The notes beneath the pieces were generated by a model that did no database searches, was not told where the DNA came from, and saw nothing but the letters and a program-made list of their open reading frames with translations. From positions 1-27,885 of IMG/VR virus record IMGVR_UViG_3300019765_000017: a DNA stretch of 27,885 bases; one strand, given 5' to 3'. Source of the DNA: a virus. Lineage: Duplodnaviria; Caudoviricetes. Made by a program: the position numbers and the translations under genes. The stretch's first letter is position 1. Each line of letters begins with the position of its first letter. Below, in pieces: positions 1-8,026 of the stretch.

Positions 1-168
1 TACAATGAGTATGTTTTTCTTTGTCATGATGATTTTGATCCAGATGAGGATGCTACTCCTGAAGAATATCTTGAGATGCTGAAGCAGATGGATTATGATG
101 AATTGCTTGAAGAGACAAACACTGATGAAGAGTATCACCTTGAAGAGTTTATGGAGGCATGGGGATGA
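1..168 (+). CDS. 5'-truncated acidic hypothetical phage protein (..YNEYVFLCHDDFDPDEDATPEEYLEMLKQMDYDELLEETNTDEEYHLEEFMEAWG)
   Basis: Frame 1 is open from base 1 to TGA at 166-168 and overlaps the next ATG (ATGA coupling). Read manually; not in the ORF track. Confidence 0.75.
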   Translation, partial: YNEYVFLCHDDFDPDEDATPEEYLEMLKQMDYDELLEETNTDEEYHLEEFMEAWG

Positions 169-416
169 AAACTGTACTTAGGATTAATAAAGATCAGTTT
201 ATAATAATTTACAGAGCACTGAATGAATACCTCAAAACATGTAAGTCTCCATCATTTGAGCAGGAGTGCGTAGAAATTATAATGCGGAATATTGATAGAT
301 ATATCTTTAACTGCGGCACTACTCGCAAAAATTACCAAGTTGTTGAATACAACGATCCATCATTTGAGTCCTATAATAACAGGAAACAATATGATCATTA
401 CGGAGAATATGAGTGA
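165..416 (+). CDS. hypothetical protein
   Basis: ORF track 159..416. ATG at 165 overlaps the upstream stop, with GGAGG just upstream. Confidence 0.7.
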   Translation: MKTVLRINKDQFIIIYRALNEYLKTCKSPSFEQECVEIIMRNIDRYIFNCGTTRKNYQVVEYNDPSFESYNNRKQYDHYGEYE

Positions 417-547
417 CACATAAAGAAAAACTTCTCTTTATCGGTTCTTTTGTTTGGTTTCTTCACTGGGGTTCATGTCTTACATCATTGTTTCTGGATA
501 CGGTTATTCTAAGAGGGTCTGTGAGGATGTTACCTCTTGGTTTCTAA
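413..547 (+). CDS. small hydrophobic protein, 44 aa (MTHKEKLLFIGSFVWFLHWGSCLTSLFLDTVILRGSVRMLPLGF)
   Basis: GTG start overlaps the upstream stop (GTGA), preceded by GGAG. Has a TM-like hydrophobic stretch and overlaps the next gene by 73 nt. Confidence 0.5.
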   Translation: MTHKEKLLFIGSFVWFLHWGSCLTSLFLDTVILRGSVRMLPLGF

Positions 548-951
548 ACAAATACTTTCCACGACACAAAATCACTGTAGAAATACTACATCGTGGTCTC
601 AAACGTGAAGGTGTCAATGGTTATTGTGACCATGTGGGAGAATCTTATCGTCCGAGAGAGTTTCTGATTGAGTTGGATACCTATATGGATAAAGATTTGT
701 ATATACAAACTCTTTTGCATGAATTAACTCATCTGAAGCAGTGGGTACTGGGTTCACTGCGATCCCGTTATGGAAAATTGTGTTATTGTAAAGAACCAGT
801 CGAAAAGTATGACTATTGGCATCAACCACATGAAATAGAAGCAAGGGAAGAAGAAGAAAGGTTATTCTGGTGGTATCTGAATGATCGGCAGAGTGTGCCA
901 GTCTCGGAACCGTCCACCTGCTTTCCCAATCGACTGACCAGATCCTTATAA
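475..951 (+). CDS. putative zinc metallopeptidase-like protein (HExxH)
   Basis: TLLHELTHLKQW motif plus downstream YWHQPHEIEA (third-ligand Glu). Start placed at ATG 475 rather than TTG 454. Confidence 0.75.
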   Translation: MSYIIVSGYGYSKRVCEDVTSWFLNKYFPRHKITVEILHRGLKREGVNGYCDHVGESYRPREFLIELDTYMDKDLYIQTLLHELTHLKQWVLGSLRSRYGKLCYCKEPVEKYDYWHQPHEIEAREEEERLFWWYLNDRQSVPVSEPSTCFPNRLTRSL

Positions 952-979
952 TACTAAGGTAATCAAGGGACAGCACCTG
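894..979 (+). promoter_or_regulatory. early promoter module: TGTGCCA-N10-CGTCCAC, 29 nt, TATAAT (947-952), SD-less leader
   Basis: Same geometry as about 12 other copies in the window. It lies within the 3' end of the upstream CDS. Confidence 0.75.
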
Positions 980-1201
980 ATGCCCAACACCTTTTACCGC
1001 ATCTTCATCACCAATGAAGACGAAACCGTGAGCACTTTGTATCGTAAGGAACGCAAGTGTTCTACCATCAAAGGTCGTGACCGTCAGATCAACCGTGTCA
1101 CCAATGAGATGGTAGAGGCAATCCGTGAGATTCGTGGGTGGAAACGTCTTCATGTTGAGACTATGACACCTGAGCAAGTGTCCTGCTGTGGTCTCTCTTG
1201 A
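980..1201 (+). CDS. hypothetical basic early protein
   Basis: ORF track; directly downstream of a promoter module. Confidence 0.75.
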   Translation: MPNTFYRIFITNEDETVSTLYRKERKCSTIKGRDRQINRVTNEMVEAIREIRGWKRLHVETMTPEQVSCCGLS

Positions 1202-1242
1202 CCTCCAGAGGCATTATACTAAGCACATCAGCAATCAATCCA
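1162..1242 (+). promoter_or_regulatory. degenerate early promoter module: TATGACA-N10-TGTCCTG, 29 nt, TATACT (1215-1220)
   Basis: Conserved 29-nt spacing to the -10 box, followed by an A/C-rich leader. Confidence 0.6.
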
Positions 1243-1485
1243 ATGCAACTCCAAACTTCTGCCACTCAAGTTGATTATTTCCCTGTTGGCACTGGCAAAC
1301 GTTATGTCAAACGTGTCATCTGGCATCCCACTGAGGAAGTTTCTCAGCAGATGACTTCCTTCAGCACCCGTACAAAGTCTGACATGGTTTATGACGTGAA
1401 TCAGTACATTGCCAATGGTGCTACCGTTACTGATTTCAATCTGGAAGCATATGACGGTGAAGATTACACTCCTCTGATGTGCTGA
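1243..1485 (+). CDS. hypothetical early protein (MQLQTSATQVDYFPVG...)
   Basis: ORF track 1198..1485; start moved to ATG 1243, downstream of the -10 box. Confidence 0.75.
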   Translation: MQLQTSATQVDYFPVGTGKRYVKRVIWHPTEEVSQQMTSFSTRTKSDMVYDVNQYIANGATVTDFNLEAYDGEDYTPLMC

Positions 1486-1502
1486 TGAGTGTATTGAGTT
1501 AC

Positions 1503-1531
1503 ATTGCCATTGCATTTTTTGTAATGGCAAT
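1503..1531. other. intergenic 12-bp inverted repeat ATTGCCATTGCA / TGTAATGGCAAT
   Basis: Direct inspection; T5 loop and one G-T pair. Confidence 0.55.
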
Positions 1532-1558
1532 AATTATGTTCTTTCAAATGTATCTCTG

Positions 1559-1828
1559 ATGAAAACCCACGACATCACTGTTACACTCACCGAAGCACAA
1601 CATGAATTGGTGAATGATTTGCTTCTTCATGCCATGGAATCGTATCAACTAATGGCACCTTATGATGCTGGAATGGATGATCTTCCACTGGATAATGAAA
1701 TTGTTCAGAGGTACACTATGATTGAGAACATGCGTGAAATGTTTCTTGAACTTTGGAAGGAAAGATTTGAGATAGATACAGTGCAGCAATCGGAGGAATT
1801 AAATGACGAAAACGGAAGTGAACATTGA
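1559..1828 (+). CDS. hypothetical acidic protein
   Basis: ORF track; part of a run of tightly packed + strand genes. Confidence 0.7.
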   Translation: MKTHDITVTLTEAQHELVNDLLLHAMESYQLMAPYDAGMDDLPLDNEIVQRYTMIENMREMFLELWKERFEIDTVQQSEELNDENGSEH

Positions 1829-2018
1829 ATTGAACGTGCATGAGATTGGAGTGTTATTGTCTGCACTAAATTTACTTGATGGTAGTGATGAATTCAAGAT
1901 TGAAAGATCTTGCGGCAGTGCAAGAGCAATCAAAGATCGACTTGTCAGTGTGTATAATACACTGGACACAACATCACTTAATCTAAAGAATGAATCCTAT
2001 TGCGAACCTTCATTTTAA
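1803..2018 (+). CDS. hypothetical protein
   Basis: ORF track; GGAGG upstream. Confidence 0.7.
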   Translation: MTKTEVNIELNVHEIGVLLSALNLLDGSDEFKIERSCGSARAIKDRLVSVYNTLDTTSLNLKNESYCEPSF

Positions 2019-2214
2019 AGAACACATGAATGAAAAGATGAGTTGGATCACGAATACCAACGTTCCAGTAACTCCACAAACCAATCCAAAATTGTGGTAT
2101 ACATGGTATAATATTCTACAGGAGGATGCACCCGAATTAGTGGACGAATTCATTGAAAATACGGCATCAAAAATGGAATTGACTTATGACTACATGATTG
2201 AAGAATTCCTATGA
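1990..2214 (+). CDS. hypothetical protein (alternative starts 2026 or 2038)
   Basis: ORF track; TATAAT preceded by a GTGTG run at 1953-1958. Confidence 0.65.
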   Translation: MNPIANLHFKEHMNEKMSWITNTNVPVTPQTNPKLWYTWYNILQEDAPELVDEFIENTASKMELTYDYMIEEFL

Positions 2215-2360
2215 ATGAACAAACAAAACTTATTCTTGCACTTCAGCAGGTAGAAAATCTTTCAAAACTATTTGAAGGAAATCCCTACGAAGAATTCTTA
2301 AACTTTAAACTTACCAACATCTATTATGAACTCCAACGGCAAATTTCTCTACATTCTTGA
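2211..2360 (+). CDS. small hypothetical protein, 49 aa (MNEQTKLILALQQVENLSKLFEGNPYEEFLNFKLTNIYYELQRQISLHS)
   Basis: Read manually. ATGA overlap with the upstream stop; fills the gap between two ORFs. Confidence 0.7.
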   Translation: MNEQTKLILALQQVENLSKLFEGNPYEEFLNFKLTNIYYELQRQISLHS

Positions 2361-2568
2361 TTATTGGGTGCCATTTCCATCTTCTGAGTATGGTGGATTG
2401 ATTACACTCATTGCAGAAAATGATCAGGAAGCATTTGATCTTCTTTCGAATGAAGAACAATTTGATGATCGTTATGGGCACTTGATGATGGAACGTATCA
2501 TCAATGCAACTAAACTGAGGTTGGCGGATGATTATGAATCTGGTATAATTGATGCATTTACGACATAA
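2326..2568 (+). CDS. hypothetical phage protein (YWVPFPSSEYGG motif)
   Basis: ORF track; tightly packed. Confidence 0.75.
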   Translation: MNSNGKFLYILDYWVPFPSSEYGGLITLIAENDQEAFDLLSNEEQFDDRYGHLMMERIINATKLRLADDYESGIIDAFTT

Positions 2569-2572
2569 TCAA

Positions 2573-2734
2573 ATGGAAACACCACTTTATCGTATCGAAG
2601 AAGAAGGAACCAATGGTTGGTTCACTGTTGAAAATTATTCAAATTTGACCAAAGAAAGAGCAAGTCAAATTTTGAATGAACTATTTCGTGAGGGATATAA
2701 TCCTTCACGAATTCGTGTTGTTCGTGAAGAATGA
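2573..2734 (+). CDS. hypothetical protein (METPLYRIEEEGTNGW...GYNPSRIRVVREE)
   Basis: ORF track 2549..2734; ATG 2573 follows the upstream stop. Confidence 0.75.
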   Translation: METPLYRIEEEGTNGWFTVENYSNLTKERASQILNELFREGYNPSRIRVVREE

Positions 2735-2735
2735 A

Positions 2736-3014
2736 ATGTACAAACCCCAGGTTGATGATTATGTGAAATGGAATAGTGAGTATACACCTATCGAAGGATG
2801 GGTGTATTTTGTTGATAATGAATATATTACGATCGAAGTTGGGGTCAAGGATAAACCAGATGATTTAGTTCATTTTCATAAGAAAACCCATTGTTGTGTT
2901 CTTTGCTTTCATCAAAACTGGCATGAACTGGAATACGTAAAAAACAGAAGAAATGATCAATTACTACAAGAAGATACTATTTCCGATACATTTGTTTCAG
3001 GCAAATATTCGTGA
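2736..3014 (+). CDS. hypothetical protein (MYKPQVDDYVKW...EGWVYFVD..YITIEVG)
   Basis: ORF track 2676..3014; ATG 2736 follows the upstream stop. Confidence 0.7.
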   Translation: MYKPQVDDYVKWNSEYTPIEGWVYFVDNEYITIEVGVKDKPDDLVHFHKKTHCCVLCFHQNWHELEYVKNRRNDQLLQEDTISDTFVSGKYS

Positions 3015-3603
3015 AAATCCACTGATTCAATCCGATATTCTACAATCGATTCAGACTCTTTATACAAAAAAGAATCTTGAAATCCCAGAAGGTTGGTTGA
3101 CGGATAATATGTTCACGACTTTTAATAAAGATCAAATCAATTCGCATTTGTTCAATAAAGAATCAAAGATTGTTCAATACTATTATCAATATGTGAGAAA
3201 GTTCTTTGATGAACCAGTTGAATTTGAAATTGATGATATTTGGTTGAATGTTTATTCAAATGGTGAGTATCAGGAAGAGCACACACATTTGACTCCTGAT
3301 ATCTTCATGCCACGATCACATTTCTCTTGTATTCATTATTTGAAGTTTGATCCTGATGTTCATGTGCCCGTGACATTTGTGGATCCAATTGCGACAATGC
3401 GATATAATACATTGGAAATGAAATCAAATCGTTATTCAGATCGATGGTCTCCTAGGATTAGTGAAGGTGATTTGATTATGTTTCCTCCTTATCTGGGACA
3501 TTTTGTAAGTAAATCAGAACCAACACCAGATAATCCAAGAATATCAATCGCATTTAATATTCGAATTCATAAGTATGGGGATCAAGGGAAAGATGGAAAT
3601 TAA
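2953..3603 (+). CDS. putative 2OG-Fe(II) oxygenase (TIGR02466-like)
   Basis: Motifs WLNVY..GEYQEEHTH, FSCIHY, EGDLIMFPPYLGHFV and RISIAFN. Confidence 0.85.
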   Translation: MINYYKKILFPIHLFQANIRENPLIQSDILQSIQTLYTKKNLEIPEGWLTDNMFTTFNKDQINSHLFNKESKIVQYYYQYVRKFFDEPVEFEIDDIWLNVYSNGEYQEEHTHLTPDIFMPRSHFSCIHYLKFDPDVHVPVTFVDPIATMRYNTLEMKSNRYSDRWSPRISEGDLIMFPPYLGHFVSKSEPTPDNPRISIAFNIRIHKYGDQGKDGN

Positions 3604-4075
3604 TTTTGATGATTCATTCTTAGAAGATCGTGAATTCAAGATTGCTCATGATTATTGTCTAAATGCACCATACCGTTATGGTGAGAGTGATAATGGTGAT
3701 GGTATTGTGACTGGTATGGTACATGAAATACCAGAGACAGAATTTGTGTATAAGTTATTTCGAAAGAAGTTAATGGACAAGTGCCCATTTCTTTCGAAGA
3801 TGAAGTTGTATCGAACGTATGTGAACTGTTTTTCACCAAATGAGAATCCATATTTTCATACTGATGGGGAAGGAATCACATTTTTGTATTATGTCAATGA
3901 TCAATGGGATATTCAAGATGGTGGAGAAACGCAGTTTTATGTGGATGGCAATATCTATGGCATTACACCAGTTCCAAATCGATTAGTCATGTTCCATGGT
4001 ATGATACCACACCGTGCCACATCATTTCGTTATGGTCATCGATTTACAATTGCAATTAAGTATGCACCACAATAA
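3593..4075 (+). CDS. 2OG-Fe(II) oxygenase superfamily protein
   Basis: HTD...LYY..W..GGETQF...NRLVMF...HRA...RFTIAIK facial-triad pattern. Alternative start at 3575. Confidence 0.85.
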   Translation: MEINFDDSFLEDREFKIAHDYCLNAPYRYGESDNGDGIVTGMVHEIPETEFVYKLFRKKLMDKCPFLSKMKLYRTYVNCFSPNENPYFHTDGEGITFLYYVNDQWDIQDGGETQFYVDGNIYGITPVPNRLVMFHGMIPHRATSFRYGHRFTIAIKYAPQ

Positions 4076-4078
4076 ATA
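4072..4078 (+). promoter_or_regulatory. T4-type late promoter ATAAATA
   Basis: Lies 20 nt upstream of the ATG of the Gly-rich virion-like gene. Confidence 0.7.
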
Positions 4079-4098
4079 ACAAAAAAGTCTCCATATTC

Positions 4099-5280
4099 AT
4101 GGCAGTTAATATTACCAAGACGGAAAAGTTTACGAATCCGACAAGTTCAATTTCTTTTTCACAAATTCGTTCAGAATTCGGTGGCAATCCGACTAATGTA
4201 CGTGCCGCAACTTATAGAAGAAATACATCTGATCAGGTTGATTGGAACGGTGAGAATGCGACATCAATATCACCTAAAATTCCCGATGCCGTAGAGAACG
4301 AAGATGTATCATCAGATAATAATTGGTCTGTTAATTCATTAAGAAATACCATTACTGATTATGTCGTCACGCAATCAGGAACCAATGAAGAATTATCTTA
4401 TACCAGTAATGATACATCAACATGGAATGGTAATTTAAGTCGTAATGTTTTAAAGAAGTTTGATGTGACTGGAACGGTTTATGCAAATGAATCTTCCAAG
4501 GATGCACTGTCATTCAGTGGGAACTTGTATAACCTAGAGATTGAGATTGATGAAAACGGAGAGATTTTAGGTGAAGGTGGAGCATCTGGTGGTGGCAATG
4601 GTGGAGATGCCTTATATGTGAACAATACCTATACGAAGTCTGATGTAGAGATTAGATCTTATGGTAAGATCTATTCTGGTGGTGGAGGTGGATCATCTGG
4701 AAATCCTGGTAATTCTGGAAGTAGTCTTAATTGCAGTTCTACAAATAATTTTAATGTCAATGTCAATGTTGATCCAGGTCGTTATTTGAACAATGTAAGA
4801 CCAGGATTTCAGTGTCGTTCTGCAAGATCTGGTGCAATATGGTTACGGGCAAATCAGAACAGTGTGAGAAATCGTTGTCGTGGTGGTGGTGCAAGAAGAG
4901 GAGGAAGTTCGACAACCGTATATCGTGGTGCAGGTAATGCAGGATATCAGTGTTCACCAGCCTGGAACATTTTATGTCAAGAGACCAATAATTATACTCT
5001 TTCAGGAGGACCAGGAGGAAGTGGTGGTGCAGGAGGACCAGGAAGAGGATTTAGTAATCAGAACAGTTCATTAGCAGGAAGTGCAGGAAATCCAGGAGGA
5101 AGGAATTCATGTAGTGGTGGATCATCAACTGGAAACTCTGGTAATCCTGGAACTGATGGTGGTGACTGGGGACAATCAATTGTCGGTGGAGGAACTGCAG
5201 GAAAAGCAATTCAAAAGAAAAATGCCAGAGTCGAGTATTATACGGAGAACACACTCAAGGGATCGATCCAGAATATATAA
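4099..5280 (+). CDS. glycine-rich virion protein, gp38-like polyglycine adhesin / fibre-tip protein
   Basis: N-terminal ISFSQIRSEFGG. Gly-rich blocks ILGEGG, GGDAL, GKIYSGGGGG, GGDWG and GGTAGKAI resemble T-even gp38 glycine-rich motifs. Cys-containing central insert; late promoter upstream. Confidence 0.65.
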   Translation: MAVNITKTEKFTNPTSSISFSQIRSEFGGNPTNVRAATYRRNTSDQVDWNGENATSISPKIPDAVENEDVSSDNNWSVNSLRNTITDYVVTQSGTNEELSYTSNDTSTWNGNLSRNVLKKFDVTGTVYANESSKDALSFSGNLYNLEIEIDENGEILGEGGASGGGNGGDALYVNNTYTKSDVEIRSYGKIYSGGGGGSSGNPGNSGSSLNCSSTNNFNVNVNVDPGRYLNNVRPGFQCRSARSGAIWLRANQNSVRNRCRGGGARRGGSSTTVYRGAGNAGYQCSPAWNILCQETNNYTLSGGPGGSGGAGGPGRGFSNQNSSLAGSAGNPGGRNSCSGGSSTGNSGNPGTDGGDWGQSIVGGGTAGKAIQKKNARVEYYTENTLKGSIQNI

Positions 5281-5299
5281 AAAAACAGGATTATGTGTT

Positions 5300-5635
5300 A
5301 TGATGTTTAATGAATTAGTTTTTAAGTTTCTAGATGAATTTTTCTTAAATGAGGCAAAAGGAACAGAGTTTCATGCCTCTACAAATTGTCAAAATGAAAG
5401 GTGGAGTATTTGTCAAGGTTGCGAACACTTTGATGAACCAGAAGAGGGATGTAAGTATTGTGGATGTTATTTGCCTCATAAGATCAAGGATCCTTTCGGT
5501 GATTGTCCATTGGATAAGTGGATTTCTAATGATGAAGAATGGAAGAACAAACACTATGAACAACTCAAGGCAATTATTGTAGAAAAGTATCCAGAGTATC
5601 AAAGTATTATAGAACAACATGAAGGAATCAATTGA
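5300..5635 (+). CDS. CxxC-x8-CxxCGC-x13-CP..KW cysteine-rich protein (DUF6171-like)
   Basis: RWSICQGCEHF..CKYCGCYL..K....CPLDKW. Start placed at ATG 5300, after the upstream stop. Confidence 0.75.
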   Translation: MMFNELVFKFLDEFFLNEAKGTEFHASTNCQNERWSICQGCEHFDEPEEGCKYCGCYLPHKIKDPFGDCPLDKWISNDEEWKNKHYEQLKAIIVEKYPEYQSIIEQHEGIN

Positions 5636-6212
5636 ACTAAAGGGACGGTATTCTGATTTTATTGGTGAATACTCTTGTTCTTTATCTACAGAGTTTTGTA
5701 ATGAGATCATCCGTGCATTTGATTATTATCAGGATATTGATGCGGTTTATTGTGAGGATACACAGTTTGAGAATAGTAATGCAGGAAGATTTGATTGGGC
5801 ATTAGATCTGTATGATATGAGTCCTATTATGGAGGGTAATCCAGCAAGACATTTGAATGAGGTACTGTTTGAATGTTTAGAGGAGTATACCAGAGTCTTT
5901 GGGCATTTAAAGACTGTGCCATTTTATTCCCTGGCACAAAAGGTACAAAAGACTCCTGCTGGTGGTGGTTATCATGTCTGGCATGATGAGAACAGTGGAT
6001 TAGAACATTCAAAGAGATCATTGGTATGGATGGTGTATTTGAATGATGATTATGAAGGAGGAGAGACTGAGTATTTGTATTATAAGAGAAGGATACAACC
6101 AGAACGTGGAAAGTTGTTAATCTGGCCAGCAGGTATGACTCATGCACATCGTGGTGGATTAGTTTTAAAGGGTAATAAGTATGTTGTAACTGGATGGTTT
6201 TATCTACAATGA
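5619..6212 (+). CDS. 2OG-Fe(II) oxygenase, prolyl-4-hydroxylase-like
   Basis: QKT..GGGYHVWHDE, WMVYLND..EGGETE, WPAGMTHAHRG, KYVVTGW. Confidence 0.9.
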   Translation: MKESIELKGRYSDFIGEYSCSLSTEFCNEIIRAFDYYQDIDAVYCEDTQFENSNAGRFDWALDLYDMSPIMEGNPARHLNEVLFECLEEYTRVFGHLKTVPFYSLAQKVQKTPAGGGYHVWHDENSGLEHSKRSLVWMVYLNDDYEGGETEYLYYKRRIQPERGKLLIWPAGMTHAHRGGLVLKGNKYVVTGWFYLQ

Positions 6213-6463
6213 AAGAAGAATTCCCAAGTCTCCCAGAACAAGGTAAGAATCTGGCAAAGTTTACATTTGAGGTGGTGAAAAGTGTAATTGATATCTCACC
6301 TTCTCCAGTGTTGTTATCAGAAGAGGAACAACAGAAAAGATTGGATATTTGTAAGAAGTGTGAGTATTATTCACCACGACATCAAAGGTGTAAACAGTGT
6401 GGATGTTATATGAAACATAAGGTTAGGTTCGGTGCATCAACGTGTCCGATACAGAAGTGGTAA
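6209..6463 (+). CDS. second CxxC..CxxCGC..CP..KW cysteine-rich protein (DUF6171-like)
   Basis: RLDICKKCEYY..RCKQCGCYM..K....CPIQKW. ATGA overlap with the upstream stop. Confidence 0.8.
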   Translation: MKEEFPSLPEQGKNLAKFTFEVVKSVIDISPSPVLLSEEEQQKRLDICKKCEYYSPRHQRCKQCGCYMKHKVRFGASTCPIQKW

Positions 6464-7165
6464 TTAGACATATTTCCAAATATAACCATGCCAAGTCTTA
6501 CGTCCATTGCTTTTAAGTGCCTTATACAAACCAGATCCTTTTACATTACCAACTGCTCTTATTGCATCTGCACATGATTCGAAATAGTATTCTTGCCATG
6601 TTTTCTTATTGATTGCTACAACTCTTCTTTTACCAGATTTCTTATCAATCATTTTCCATCTATGTCCATATGCAATAATACCTTTCCTTGATGCAGAAAG
6701 TATATTACTGTTGTTTTTTCTATTACCAGTTAGTTCTTCTGCCGCATCCATTGCACTATCCCAATATCTTTCTTCTCCTGTTTCTAAATTCCAACCCATA
6801 AGTTTAATACCAATACCTTTACCAGTACCTCTATACTCTGGATTCTGAAAACCAATTAGTTTCTTTGGTTTCTTAGGTTCTTCTATTATAGGAGTTTCTT
6901 CTACCTCAGTATCAATGTCAATACCATTTAATTCTTTAATGTAGTATTGTTTCTTCTCTTCAAACTCTGATTCATTACAATCACATATTTCTCTGTGCAT
7001 AAAATTATGATTTTTATGCTTTCTCATCTCTTTATGGATGAGTAATGGACTCATACGCATTGCCTGATCAATGTGATGTTTCCATATCTTATTGATTGGT
7101 AGTGTGGTTGCACCAATATATTTTGTTCCGTCTGTTCTGTTGATGAGTTGGTAGATGATACCCAT
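6464..7165 (-). CDS. free-standing GIY-YIG homing endonuclease (Seg-like) with two C-terminal NUMOD1-like DNA-binding repeats
   Basis: N-terminal GIIY...KYIGAT; repeats WDSAMDAAEEL..AYGHRWK and FESCADAIRAV..WHGYIWKY. It is the only substantial minus-strand gene. Confidence 0.85.
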   Translation of the reverse strand: MGIIYQLINRTDGTKYIGATTLPINKIWKHHIDQAMRMSPLLIHKEMRKHKNHNFMHREICDCNESEFEEKKQYYIKELNGIDIDTEVEETPIIEEPKKPKKLIGFQNPEYRGTGKGIGIKLMGWNLETGEERYWDSAMDAAEELTGNRKNNSNILSASRKGIIAYGHRWKMIDKKSGKRRVVAINKKTWQEYYFESCADAIRAVGNVKGSGLYKALKSNGRKTWHGYIWKYV

Positions 7166-7195
7166 TGTATCAATTTGTTATTGTGAATTATCTTT

Positions 7196-7203
7196 TATGT
7201 ATA
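7196..7203 (-). promoter_or_regulatory. possible late promoter TATACATA for the endonuclease
   Basis: One mismatch to TATAAATA; 30 nt upstream of the ATG. Confidence 0.4.
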
Positions 7204-7281
7204 ATAGGGTCTGTCTATTGTATAATGTATTATCATATTTCGGTTTCTGAGAGAGAACATAAATAATGGAATTTTTTATTG

Positions 7282-7309
7282 ATTCTCAATTGCAATTTTT
7301 ATTGAGAAT
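7282..7309. repeat. inverted repeat ATTCTCAAT-N10-ATTGAGAAT (second copy at 8026-8055)
   Basis: Direct inspection. Confidence 0.8.
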
Positions 7310-7310
7310 A

Positions 7311-7451
7311 GACCTCTCTAGAACCTCTCTAGAACCTTATGATAAACCTCTCATAAACCTCTGAGATCTTGTGTTTATATCTCTTATAAACCTCTCTAGA
7401 ACCTTATGATAAACCTCTCATAAACCTTATAGAAACCTCTGAGGTCTTGTG
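7311..7451. repeat. 11-12-bp-phased AACCT(C/T) tandem array containing an exact 39-bp duplication (7322-7360 = 7389-7427); iteron-like
   Basis: (A/G)ACCT at 7311, 7322, 7333, 7345, 7356, 7389, 7400, 7412, 7423 and 7434. Confidence 0.9.
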
Positions 7452-7463
7452 AGTTTGGCCTGC

Positions 7464-7492
7464 AAGCTACCACACAAGACCCAAAAAGTCAA
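7464..7492 (-). promoter_or_regulatory. minus-strand sigma70-type promoter TTGACT-17-TAGCTT (with extended TG) pointing into the repeat array
   Basis: AGTCAA at 7487-7492 and AAGCTA at 7464-7469 on the + strand. Confidence 0.55.
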
Positions 7493-7592
7493 GCACCCGA
7501 CGAAAAAGTTCACAAACCCACACAAAATTTGACATAAGGCATATATATAATATCATGATGAATCTCGACGAGACTCATAAGGATTCTTATGG

Positions 7593-7621
7593 TTGACATC
7601 TCGACGAGATATCAGTACAAT
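7593..7621 (+). promoter_or_regulatory. sigma70 promoter TTGACA-17-TACAAT with the palindrome ATCTCGACGAGAT in its spacer
   Basis: TTGACA 7593-7598 and TACAAT 7616-7621. Further TCTCGACGAGA copies at 7563 and 7641; another TTGACA at 7529. Confidence 0.8.
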
Positions 7622-7654
7622 ATAAGAGCATCATACACAATCTCGACGAGAACC

Positions 7655-7837
7655 ATGTACGACGATTACGATCTCGACTATACATATAGCAACGAGTTTT
7701 ATACATATGATCTCGATGAGGTTGTGGAACATCATATGCAATCACGAGATATACAACAAGATGCATATGAGATGGATGATGATTATGCACGAGATTCATG
7801 TGATTACAATGATCTTGCATACAGGCATTATGCATGA
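7655..7837 (+). CDS. Asp/Tyr-rich small early protein (MYDDYDLDYTY...LAYRHYA)
   Basis: ORF track 7589..7837; start moved downstream of the promoter. Confidence 0.7.
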   Translation: MYDDYDLDYTYSNEFYTYDLDEVVEHHMQSRDIQQDAYEMDDDYARDSCDYNDLAYRHYA

Positions 7838-7867
7838 TAGAATACGCACACACTGCACGAGATTCTC

Positions 7868-8026
7868 ATGTACGCACATGCACACAAACGTATTGTAAGT
7901 GTAACACTGGACATTGAGTGTTATGATGATCTAGAGTTGGAAGATATCAATTGGAATGATATCCTAGATCTTGAGGGAGATGAAAAGGTCAATGTTACCA
8001 TAAAGGAGATGGCAGACATCTATTGA
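7868..8026 (+). CDS. small acidic protein, 52 aa (MYAHAHKRIVSVTLDIECYDDLELEDINWNDILDLEGDEKVNVTIKEMADIY)
   Basis: Read manually; fills a gap and has composition like neighbouring genes. Confidence 0.7.
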   Translation: MYAHAHKRIVSVTLDIECYDDLELEDINWNDILDLEGDEKVNVTIKEMADIY

